Source: Paragordius varius (lineage: Eukaryota; Animalia; Nematomorpha). From it: 64,000 nucleotides of DNA. Location: NCBI GenBank assembly GCA_964247055.1, contig OZ176050.1, positions 8,990,001 to 9,054,000 of the forward strand, read 5' to 3'. This document shows positions 27,401-38,742 of the stretch, piece after piece. The notes under the pieces were generated by a model. That model had not been told where the DNA came from. It made no database searches and saw nothing but the letters and a program-made list of their open reading frames with translations. Within the stretch, counting starts at the first letter, position 1. Each line of letters opens with the position of its first letter. Both the position numbers and the translations under genes were made by a program.

Positions 27401-30400
27401 TTTTTTTGACACAAATACAAAATTTCAATTTTCACAATTTGTAAAAATTAGGGTATTATAATTGAAAATTTAGCTAAAGCATCAGTGTCTAAATACGCTT
27501 AGTTTTTGTATTAAAAACGTTTGGTTGGGATGGGAAAAAAATATAGATTTTCAGTTAAAGAACATTACAAAAATTTTTAATATTTAAGGCGCATATTTAC
27601 ATTCAAAGTAAAATTTTTGTGGAATTCCGCTATATGTAAATTAAAAACGTTTTATTGAATTTCTCCATCGGTAAGAAATATAAAAATTATAGTACTAAAA
27701 TCACAGTTGGATAACAAAACAAGCATATACAATATTTAATGAGCCTGCAAAAAACTTTATGTTTATGTATCAAAACTTCTATGCCTTAAATCCAAATTAT
27801 TGAAAACAATGTTATTCGCACACTATCAAACCCACCCAGCATAATTGCACGAAGAACATACTCCATCAAGTTTTTGATCTCAATGCCATAAACATTGAAA
27901 TAAAAAATGTCTGAACATAATGGGCACGTATGTAAAAAACGAGAAAATTTACTTTAAAATACTAAAAAACTACTAGTCGAAGCTGGTAGACCCTATACTA
28001 CATGGTTTTACCCAATAACAAAAGATCTCAAAATGCTAAACTGATAATAGGAATGGCCAAATCTCACATTAAGTCGAACGGTGAAAATCCCTTTACAAAA
28101 ACTAAAAAATTAAAAAATGTTTTTGGTTCTATTATAAATTTATTTTATAACCGGATATAAATTTGTGATTTTTTAACATTAATATGTTAAACAAAGTGCA
28201 TAATTAAATACAACTAGATAAAAGAATAACATGGTCTAATAGTCATAATTACAATATTTGGCAAATATATAGGAAACTATAAATAAAACCAGAAAACCTT
28301 TATCCAAAAAATGATTTTTCGAAGATATGAATAAATTTGTGGTTTCATTATTATATAATTTGATCAAGCATCAAAATAAAACATATAAAGTACAGATTCA
28401 AGTATAAGATAAAAAATATATTATGATGAATATTATGCTAACATTGTATTTTTATCCATTTTTGCCTAGTTAAAAAATAAAAATATATTAATTTTAATAT
28501 AAAAACCAATACTTTTTGTTATATGATTCCCTAAATTGAGGTACAGTGTGGTAAAACCAATTATATTTATCATCGCATAAGTTATACATAAGCGCTGCTG
28601 GCATTTTAATTTTCCAATTCCACCAAGCATCCGGTGGTCCAGCTTCAATAAGTAAAACCTGATATAAAAAAAATAAATCACGGAAAATAAAATTTTTTTT
28701 ATTAACAAAATAATAATTATATAATTATTTTAATAATAAGATAAGAAGGGTGGGGTCTATCCGGTTTTAAAAAATCCGTGACTAGGACCGCTATCAAAAA
28801 ATAAGAAGTCAAAAATATGTATATGTTATATTATGTAAAAATATAGAATTTATAGGATAATGTTAAATCATACTTTAAGCAAATAATTATATGATTTAGA
28901 AATTTTTAATTTTTTCCACATTAATTACAAACACTACTATAAACATTTGAATTGGTTAATTTCAGTTTGATCAACCACAATTTATTGAGATTTTTAACAT
29001 ATATTTGGTGTTTAACCACTGCATTTATAAGCTGGCAGACAGTTAAATCCAACCTAATCTAAAATCCTTAATTAAAATATTAAATAAAAAAATGTCTAAA
29101 AACCTTATTATTTCTATCTGCAGATAAACGATTAGCTAATACACAGCCAGCCGAACCAGCCCCAACTATAATGTAATCAAATGGTCCCTTATCTTTAGCT
29201 TGATCGATTGTTAATTGGCTGCGTGAACGATCTTGTCTTTGAGTCCAAAAATGTTTATAAAACATTTTATCAAACGGATATTTAATTCTCAATGGAGGAG
29301 CATTTGATAAATTTGATCTTGAAAATTGACGAGATATGTTTTGATGAAAAAATCGTTTATCGATTTGTCTAAACCCGGAGTTACTTGAATGAATTACGCT
29401 ACTAAAAATTGTCCTGTGTGGTGGATCATGCATAAATGTTTTAGGTCGTAGCATGCTATCCGCTGAATCCGTTTTAGAGGTAACACCGGTAATTATATGC
29501 GGATTTTCATCAATATTATTTTTATTTAAATTTTGAGTAGAACAATTTTGACTGTTTTCTGCGCATTTTTTATCGTTTTCGTCAATATCTACTTGACCTT
29601 CAACGAGTTGGAGAATTAAATCACCAAATTCGGCCACGGATGTAACAATGTGATGTGCATTGGCTTGTTCTAAATGCATTTTATTCCCAACGCCTGAAAG
29701 GACACCAATAACTAAACCTTTTGGGTAAAAAATATAATTAGTTTGAAAATAACTCAAATTTCAACATAGAAAATACCCTTAAAATATTTTTGTTTATCGA
29801 CCAAATTTTCTTTTTATTATCTAAAAGCATCACAAAATACCTAATTTAGCAGAATGACCCATTTGTAAATCGGCTTTTGTGTCGCCAATAATGGCTGTTT
29901 TTTCAGGGGGGACACCTAATTCTCGGCAAATTTTTAGCGCATTAGCCGGGTTTGGTTTAGGCCGTGAATCCAAATCGTCCCCACACACTATAGCATCTAA
30001 AAGGTCTTGTAGATTGCCCAGCTTACCTAAAATATCCATAGTGTAGTTGCGATCATCCGCAGTACAAAGGGCAAGTTTGATCCGTTTCTCCCTGAGTTTT
30101 TGCCAAAGAGGCCGTAAATCGGCCAACTGTTTAATGGTGAGATCATTGGTTTTAGTCCTAACATCATGAATGTGTCGTTTTTTACTCATTGAATTGGTTG
30201 TTACATTGTAGGGTTGGTCTGGTTTAACGACTTTATGAGTATCATGGGACAATATTATATTTTGAAATTGTATGTGATTAATATCAAATGCTTTGTCGAC
30301 AATTTCATCCGTTTGATTGCCTAACTGGCTGGTCAAAATTCCTGAATAATTGGATAAGTAAGTAGAATAATTTACATGTACAGAAGGTCTGCCTTATGAA

Positions 30401-32215
30401 ATTCTTTATGCAGACGACCTCATAATCACTGCAGAAGATATTTCAATACTCGAAAATAAATATCTTATATGGTCAAAACAATTACATAAATACGGTCTCA
30501 AAATCAATACAAACAAAACTAAAATTCTAATCACAGGAGATGAACATAAAACTATAAAGTTCCCATGCCCAGTGTGCACCACTGAGGTAAAACTAAACTC
30601 ACTTTGTTGTACAAAATGCAGAAATTGGGTCCATAAAAAATGTTCCAACATAAAAGGAAAGTTAATTAATAATAATAATTTTATGCACACCATGTGCTTC
30701 ATCAATACCACTGCCAATATCGAATCCACGTACTTTAAACTTTAATGGAGATAAACTAGAAGTTATAACATCTTTTCCATATCTGGGCGATTATATAGCA
30801 TCTGATGGTTCTTTGAGGGATGCCATTTCTCATAGAATCAGACAGGGATGGGCCAAATTCAATCAATTAAAATATATTTTAACTAATAAAAATATCAAAT
30901 CGAATCATAAGATAAAGATTTACAAAATGGGAATAAGACCAGCTATGACATACGCTACAGAAACCTGGGCCCTTACAGCAACAGACCTAAATAGACTTAC
31001 TAGAGCTGAAAATCACATGCTCAAAATCTGCAACAATAATTTTGATAATACCATAGAAGAAGATGAACCCATAGCTTTATTCATTCAGCGCAATCGATTG
31101 CGATATTACGGACATATTCAACGTATGAATTCCGATAACTGGGTCCAAAAAATACAACATTTAAATATATCCGGCCCAAACAGAAAAGGCCGCCCTAAAC
31201 TCACATGGTCCAAACAGCTGACCCAAGATCTATCACACTTTAATATTGAACACGAACAAGTCTTTGATAGGACATTGTTCAGAAAGTTGGTGCATGGAAA
31301 CCCCAGATACCCTGGGACCTAAAATGAATGGATGGATATTGGATATCAACTTATTATATATAATTTTATAGAGTTAGTAAAGAGGAGAAAAGGATATAGA
31401 TTTATTAGATTCATCCATTGAAAAAATCAACGTTATCAATATCGTTATTTAACTCTGGTACTCTAAATTTAAATTGTTTAGCTAAGGAATTTGTTAAAAT
31501 ATCAAATAATGCATTAATTTTTTTAATTGTAAAATTATATCATCCTTATAGATTAGATATTCATATAGGGTTGGTTTAAAAATGAAAAATCTAAACTAAT
31601 AACGTAATTATAAATTTGTATTTTTCCTTATAGTTTTGTTTTAAAATATAAACAATTTTGGGCATTAATATTTAGAAAAAAGCAATAAAAAACATTTGAT
31701 TCTGATCTCAAATAAATTAATTTAAAGAATTCAACCGTTGACTTTCTAAATTTCAAATCGGATATAAAAAGGGTCGTAAACTAAATTTAATATTACATAA
31801 TACATTAACTGCCTTGACTATTAAAAACTATAAGTTTAAAAATATAGAAATTTAATTATAATATATATATTGACAAATAATAAAAACTTTGGCTTACTTT
31901 TTATCTCATTTTTTGTTTGAGCAACTGTGCCCTCTGCAACAATGCCGGGTACAAATTTCTGTAAATGCTCATCGTATCCCAAAGATTTGTATAATAACTG
32001 TTTTGAATTTATTTTACCCAATATATCAATACTGCAACATATATTAAAAGTTACCTTTCAACAATATTATCCAACCACGGTTTCCAAAGAGAATGAAAAC
32101 AAATCAAGGTTCCATCTTTATCAAAAATGATTAATTTAATTTTTTTCACCCGGAGTTGGAGGGTAGAATATCTGTTGTAAAGGATCTTATTAGTGCAAAT
32201 TGCAAATAATTTCAT
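21467..32215 (-). CDS. CHDH: Fusion protein: N-terminal HAD-superfamily phosphatase plus C-terminal choline dehydrogenase (GMC oxidoreductase), probably mitochondrial
   Basis: ATG at 32215: [37 protein letters not shown] (HAD motif I). Motifs II-IV are CTAD, KP and GDTKAD in ORF 30336-29830. ORF 29757-29080 carries the HAD C-terminus in frame with [19 protein letters not shown]. Downstream exons contain [59 protein letters not shown] and [31 protein letters not shown]. The last exon ends at TAA 21469-21467. Confidence 0.92.
26941..27026 (+). repeat. Dispersed repeat fragment, copy A (in a CHDH intron)
   Basis: ttaattatagataaaatttgttttataacacatg...ccaacaataa...ccagcat is similar to 42402-42487. 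Confidence 0.7.
30383..31345 (+). mobile_element. 5'-truncated RTE-type LINE in intron 2 of the HAD-CHDH gene, antisense to the host
   Basis: [15 protein letters not shown] contains the RT YADD motif at 30407-30418. It is followed by [10 protein letters not shown], a Cys/His-rich insert (CPVC...[12 protein letters not shown]), one frameshift, then FPYLG...RIRQGWAKF...GRPKLTW and a stop at 31322. Confidence 0.9.
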
Positions 32216-32301
32216 GAATCACAAAACCCACCGACCGTATTATGTACATTTAATAAAACAACTGACTCATCTTTCATTGTAATTATCACGCTGCTTTTAA
32301 A
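32216..32301. promoter_or_regulatory. Putative bidirectional promoter between HAD-CHDH and CCT8
   Basis: 86 nt between divergent ATGs (32215 on -, 32302 on +). Confidence 0.6.
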
Positions 32302-35300
32302 ATGACTTCCATGCAAATCCCTTTTACGCCAGGACTTTTGTCCATGTTGAAAGAAGGAACTATGGTATATTTTAAATTAGATTCCAATTTTTTTACCTTT
32401 AAATTTTCTCAAAATTTATTTTTTGTTTAGTATATGGATGATGAGGATGATCGATTGATGAATATAACAACTTGCGCTAACATGACCAAAAAGTTTGCAT
32501 CTTCTTTTGGCCCTAATGGTTTGCATTAGTTTTTAAAATATTTATAGGAATGAATAAATTGATAATCAATCATTTGGAAAAGGTTGTTATAACAAACGAT
32601 GCAGCCTCAATGATGAATCAATTAGATGTTGGTTTTTTATTTTATATCACAAATCTTATTTTTTATAAAAATTCTATATTTAATTGAATGTTCATATATG
32701 ACTTTTGAATACTTGATTTATATTTTTTGTACAATTAAATTTTAAACTCTTTATGTTACTTTACCAAAATAAATTATTATCGATAATTATAATTATTTTA
32801 CCCTTATGTCAATAGTTGCAAAATCCCGCGGCAAAAATCTTAATGTATGCAGCACAGATTCAGGAAGAGGAGGTCGGAGACGGCACAAATTTTATCATGG
32901 TTTTTGCCGGGGCTCTGTTGGAAAATGCGAAAGAATTGATAAAATCTGTAAATTTTTATAACTTATATTTATAATTTGGTTCGCTACTTATATTAAATAT
33001 ATATTTTATATAGGGTCTATCAACGTCAGATATAACAGAGGGTTATAACAAGGGTAAAAAGAAGGCCTTAGAAATTTTACCAAGTATTATACTATTTATA
33101 TATAGTCATGTGTCCTTTATTTTATAACAAAATTATTTTTTTTGTTAAATGCGTATAAATATTTGTTAAAGAATGGAAAAAACAAGAGCTCTATGGTATT
33201 AACAATATCATATTCATCAAAAAAATAAAAGAAGTATCTGGAAAAGGTGTCGAAAATCTTATATGGTAAAAATGTGTTTAAATATAATGAAAATACACGA
33301 ACAACTAACCCTTCATCCTAAAATTATTGTTAAAAGAGTACGGCATTTATCATATAAGATTTTCGACGCCTCCCCACACTTCTTTTACTTTTTTGATGAA
33401 TATGATATTGTTAATACCATAGAACTCTTGTTTTTACCATTCATTCACTAATATTCACCCATTTAACCAAAAAAATAAATTTTTAATAAAATAAAGAATA
33501 CATGACTGTAAATCGCCAAATATTCTCTTAAATTTATTTTTTTCGCTTTTTCTTTATGTTAGCCAATAATAAAGCTCTTTGCTATATATACTGTTTGGCA
33601 ATATTTACAGAAATACTATGAATATATTTTTTATCATACTATAGATCAGGGGTGTCCAACACAAATGGCTTCGCGGGCCGTATTTTTTCACAAAAAATTT
33701 AAGAAACGACACTCGAAAAATATAGGCAATTAATAATTAAATTTTTAGATTATAAACATAAGAAAAATGCATAACAGTTATTCATTTCATCCTTGGCTAT
33801 TTGTTGCCGATTGGCATGACACATTAAAAAATTTGTTTAAGAAATATGAATGTTAATAAGATTTTGTTAGCATATTTTTTTGAATTGTGCAATTTGTAAT
33901 ATTTGTTTGGTACGTTTTCAGATGTTTCGTGGGCAGCGTGTTGGATACCATTGCTCTACATATTTATTAGTTTTTACAAGTTACGTGATGTCTTAAATTG
34001 TTTCCACGTATATATTTAGCATTGGTGTGTGAAACAATCAAAAATTTTGATGATGAAAAATTAGTTACGCGTTATATTAAATCGTCTATCATGAGTAAAC
34101 AATTGGGGGATGAAGACTTTTTGGCCCCACTTATAGCTAAAGCGTGTGGTATATAAATTAACCATTTCTATAACTTTAATTTTAGATATTAGATGAAATT
34201 TTTATTCTTATTTATGAAATATCTGTTAATTATTTTTTCAGGTAATATTTTGGCATTTTAATTCTTTATTTTACTATATATGTTAAAACGTTGCCCCAAA
34301 TTTTACAATCTAATAAATTAGGAAATATTCGTTCACATTGATATATCCTTTATTTGTTACATTTAGTTATGGCCAAAAAGAAGGCTTATGGGGAAAATGA
34401 GTACTTTAATGTTGACAATGTACGAGTATGCAAGATTATTGTAAGTTTTATTTGCAATAATGTATCATTCGATATGTAAAAATATAATTCTAAAATTATT
34501 TAAATAAACTGTAATAGGGATCATCCATCCTTCAATCGTATATTATTCGTGGGATGTGTTTCAAAACGCGAGTTGAATCAGAAATCACGAGCGTTAATAA
34601 ATGCAAAGTTGTATGTTATTCATGTGCTTTTGACCAAGCCCAAACTGAAACTAAGGGAACCGTTATGCTTAAAACGGCTAATGAGTTACTTAATTACACC
34701 AAGGGTGAAGAAAATTTGCTTGAAGATGTAAGCTATATACAATGAAAATTGGTTTTATAAACAGACAAAACGTAAAAACAAATATTTTTTAAAAAAGGCA
34801 ACCATATTAATAATCTTGGCTTTTTTAGATATAATTCATCGTTTTTGAGTTGCGAATTAGGAAATAAAGATGTAAATTAATTATTAATCGACCAATATGT
34901 GAATTTAAAATTGTAATTATACAGTTTATGCAGAAAAAATTATGGTAAAGTGTGGCTTGTTTTTAAAAACAAGTGTTTATTAGTTGTTATGTTACGCTAT
35001 GTCTTTATAATTTTATTTTTAATGTAATTGAGAAAATATATTTTACTAACTAAATTTTATAAAGTTATACCTTATTAGCTTTAAAAAGTTGCTCAATAAC
35101 ATCAAGTGTAAAGAAAATTTGAAGATATATCCTTTTTAACCTATTTTCATAAGTAGGTAGTTTAAGTTTTTCATCCTATTATTTAACGGTTTAAATATAT
35201 AAAATACTAGTTTGTTTAACCAAAATATAAATTAACTCGTATCTCTTGTAATTAAGATAGTTTAGATGATAATGATCTGTTTTTCACATATTAGATAGTT

Positions 35301-37827
35301 TAGATGATAATGATCTGTTTTTCACATATTAAAAAAATAAATATAAAAGTAAAATATCTTTGTCCCTTTAAATATTTCAAAACTATTTTTTTATATTCAG
35401 AAAATTAAAGCAATATCCGATGCTGGCTGCAATGTTGTAATTACGGGTGGGGGTAAGATTGGCGATTTGGCCCTCCATTATGCGAATAAGTATAAGATTA
35501 TGTGTGTTCGACTTTCTAGTAAATTCGATTTACGCCGCGTTTCTAAAATGACTGGAGCTAATGTTTTGCCATCAATGGTAAAATTTTGGATGTTTTTCCT
35601 TCTTTATAACTTTTTTTCGCAAAGCAAAAAGAAAAGATTAATACTTTTCTAATTAAGAAAAAGCGATATAATTTAATATTTTTCTATATAACTAAATTAA
35701 CATATATATTGGGTGTGATACCAGTTGACATGTCTCTACCTTATCCAAAACGATAGGATGCATTAAAAATATGTCAGGTTTAAAATGGTTTTTTTTCTAT
35801 ACAAAAAAATATTTTTATTTTGCCCAGGGTAAACCACCAACCTTAGAAGATATAGGGAGTTGTGATAGAGTATATGCCGATGAAATTGGGGACACACCAG
35901 TTATTGTGTTTGATCAAGGTTTATATTTATTTAAAAATAATATTTTATACAATATTTTAAATTATTATATGTTTCCATAACATAAAGATAATATCACATC
36001 ATAAATATAAACTTATATTTTTACTTACTTTCATTCAAAAAGATGCTGCTATTTATTGTTTATAATATATTTTTTATATACATTTGTTCAGAAAATAAGG
36101 ATTCGAATTTAGTCACTATCGTGGTCCGGGGTAGTAGTGAAAATTTTATGGATGACATTGAACGGGCTATTGATGATGGAGTTAACAATTATAAGGCTTT
36201 TACTCGCGTAAATTATTTTTTCTATTAAAAAAAATATTTTTGAACAATATAAGTGATATACTTTAAATATACTATGTTATACCAAAAAAATTTATGCAAT
36301 AATTGCGAAACAAAAATTTTAGAAAAGTTACAAGCTCTTTATATAAACCCAGCAGCCGTTAGAATATGTATATGATACGGTAAGATTGGGTTTATATTTT
36401 GCGATTTTAATCTACTTTACAATGCAATGGGTGTAAATTATCGAATTGTGAATAGTGTTTATTTTGTTGTGATTCCTTACAATTACTTGTTTTTTTACAA
36501 AATTTTCATCATTGCAAATATATTAGGATGCAAGGTTACTTCCCGGCGCTGGTGCAACCGAGATTGAATTGTGTTCACGTTTATCCAAATATGCTGATGT
36601 AATATATATATATTTCAAATTTGAATTGATTTTTCAAAATAAATGTACCACAATATTCCTATTTTATTTATAAACCCTGGCCCATTTAATTTTATCATAT
36701 TACATAGACATGTCATGGACTGCAACAGTATTCTATAAAAAAGTTTGCCGAGTCATTGTTAAGTATTCCAAAGGCTCTAGCAGAAAATTCTGGTGTTCGG
36801 GTAATTTCTTTAGTAAATTTTACATTTTTATATCGATGATTTTTAAAAACATAATATATTTTTGTAGGCTATGGATTTAATATCTAAGTTAAATGCGGAA
36901 CATGAAGCAGGAAACAAAAATGTTGGTTTTGATATTGAGGTAAAAAATATTTTATTTTCCCGTTTTTTCTTATTTCTTAATAAATTTTTTATTTTTTTGT
37001 ATGTATGGATTTAGAATATGGGTTCACCCGATTGTGTGGATGCCCAAAAAAAGAATATATTTGATTCACTCATCGTTAAAGAATGGGCTATCAAATATGC
37101 AACTCAAGCGGCCAACACTATTTTATCGATTGATAAAGTTTAATTTCTTTTAATACATTTTCATTTATTCTAATGACCCGAATCGTAAAAAAACACTGCT
37201 TATTATTCGCATCGTGAGCATTTTTTTCATAATATACCTGAATTTTAGAACGCATTTGTAATTTGAGGTAAAGAATTACGCACTTCAAAAATATACTCAG
37301 AATAAATGGCAAAAACGCCATATAATTTTAAAAAAATAAATAGTTAATATCTTGACAAAGATTATACCAATATAACCGAAAATAGAAATTTTTCAAATTA
37401 ACTATTTTTTAAGGATCATATATACGCGTTTTTCGCCATTTATTTAAACTACATTTGAATTTTTTAAGATTTATAATATTTGATTAATTGAAAAGTGATT
37501 TTTTATATTTTTATAATGGAAACTAAGCTGAAAAGCTTTAATTTTTAGCCGGTGTATTTAAGGAAAAATGCTTGATAATTGAAATGGACTGCACCACTAT
37601 ATTTATTTTAAAAGTATCATATTTTTTCACTAAGCGATGGTAATTCAATTATTTTTTTAAATTTCTTTAAACTTTTTGTTTTAAAAGCTTTATTTAAAGT
37701 GAACGATATATATATTATTAAATAAAAAAATCTATTATCCTTATAATATTCTTAACAGATTATAATGTCTAAACCTGCTGGTGGACCAAAACCGCAAAAT
37801 CCGAAACCCCAAGATGATGATGAATAG
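32302..37827 (+). CDS. CCT8: T-complex protein 1 subunit theta (chaperonin CCT8), multi-exon
   Basis: MTSMQIPFTPGLLSMLKEG, FGPNGMNKLIINHLEK, QEEEVGDGTNF, FNVDNVRVCKI, ETKGTVML, DDIERAIDDGVN, LLPGAGATEIE and the C-terminal IIMSKPAGGPKP...DDDE* match CCT8. Confidence 0.96.
33647..33953. mobile_element. hAT (Charlie-like) MITE in a CCT8 intron
   Basis: TIRs CAGGGGTGTCCAAC (33647) and GTTGGATACCATTG (33940-33953). The flanks ctatagat and ctctacat match at 6/8 positions, consistent with a decayed 8-bp TSD. Confidence 0.75.
35255..35330. repeat. Perfect 38-bp tandem duplication in a CCT8 intron
   Basis: agatagtttagatgataatgatctgtttttcacatatt occurs twice, head to tail. Confidence 0.95.
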
Positions 37828-38742
37828 ATTTTTCGTTGAAAATACTTACAGCAATACATTTTCTCGCTTTTGTATTTTGTATAATTTGTGATTTATATTT
37901 TGTTTAGTCTCACATTCATACAATAAATAAAATGTTGATAGATATTTTTGAGTCAAAAACAATTATATTTTTGGTTTAAAAAAATGACATTTATATTGTG
38001 ACTGAAACTTAAGGGACTAATATGATAAAATCCTTTGCTGTCCATGTAAAAGTTTTTAGTCGAACTAGGCTATTCCAAGTATCAAAACATAACACAATTA
38101 CTCACATCCCGATTTATTAACTTTTTTGAATAATTTTTTAATGTAAGCAATTCAAATACTTTAGAGCATTTTCCATAAAGCAAACTAATAATTTTCATCT
38201 ATTTCTTACAGCATTGAAGTTTATGTAATAGAAAAGAATGCTAACCTAATCTGTATTTATTACGCTCTTAATATTTGACCTGTTTGCCTTCTTCAACTCA
38301 TTTATTTAATATTATTGATAAGCTCGAAAATTGCTAATTCAATCGATATTTTGACACAGCTTTATCAAAGGTAAAAAGCCTTTGTAAAACCTCCTCTTTG
38401 AATTTATCTATTGTAAACATTATTGATATTCATTCTTGCGAGTTAAATTAAAATATTTCAAATAATATAAAAGGTAAAGTTTTTTAAGTCAAAAAATATT
38501 TAACAAAATATTAAAACTAACATTATCCACCCAAAAAATGCAAAAACATAACGTTATGGTCATTGACAAAATTAAATTTATTGGAAATATGTATGCATTA
38601 AAGTATATACACAAAATATATAAATATTTATAATATTTTCCATATTTTCTTATTTCATCTTTTAATGTATATAAAGATCATCCATGATAACCACCTTAAT
38701 TTGAACTAATACCATTTTGAACCACGTTCTTTGTTTTTTGGA

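Noticed and set aside
21467-29757. Recent horizontal acquisition of bacterial betA
   Set aside because: The gene has many spliceosomal introns and host-like AT content, and the motifs WPRGRVWGG and MPAALMYNL match animal CHDH.
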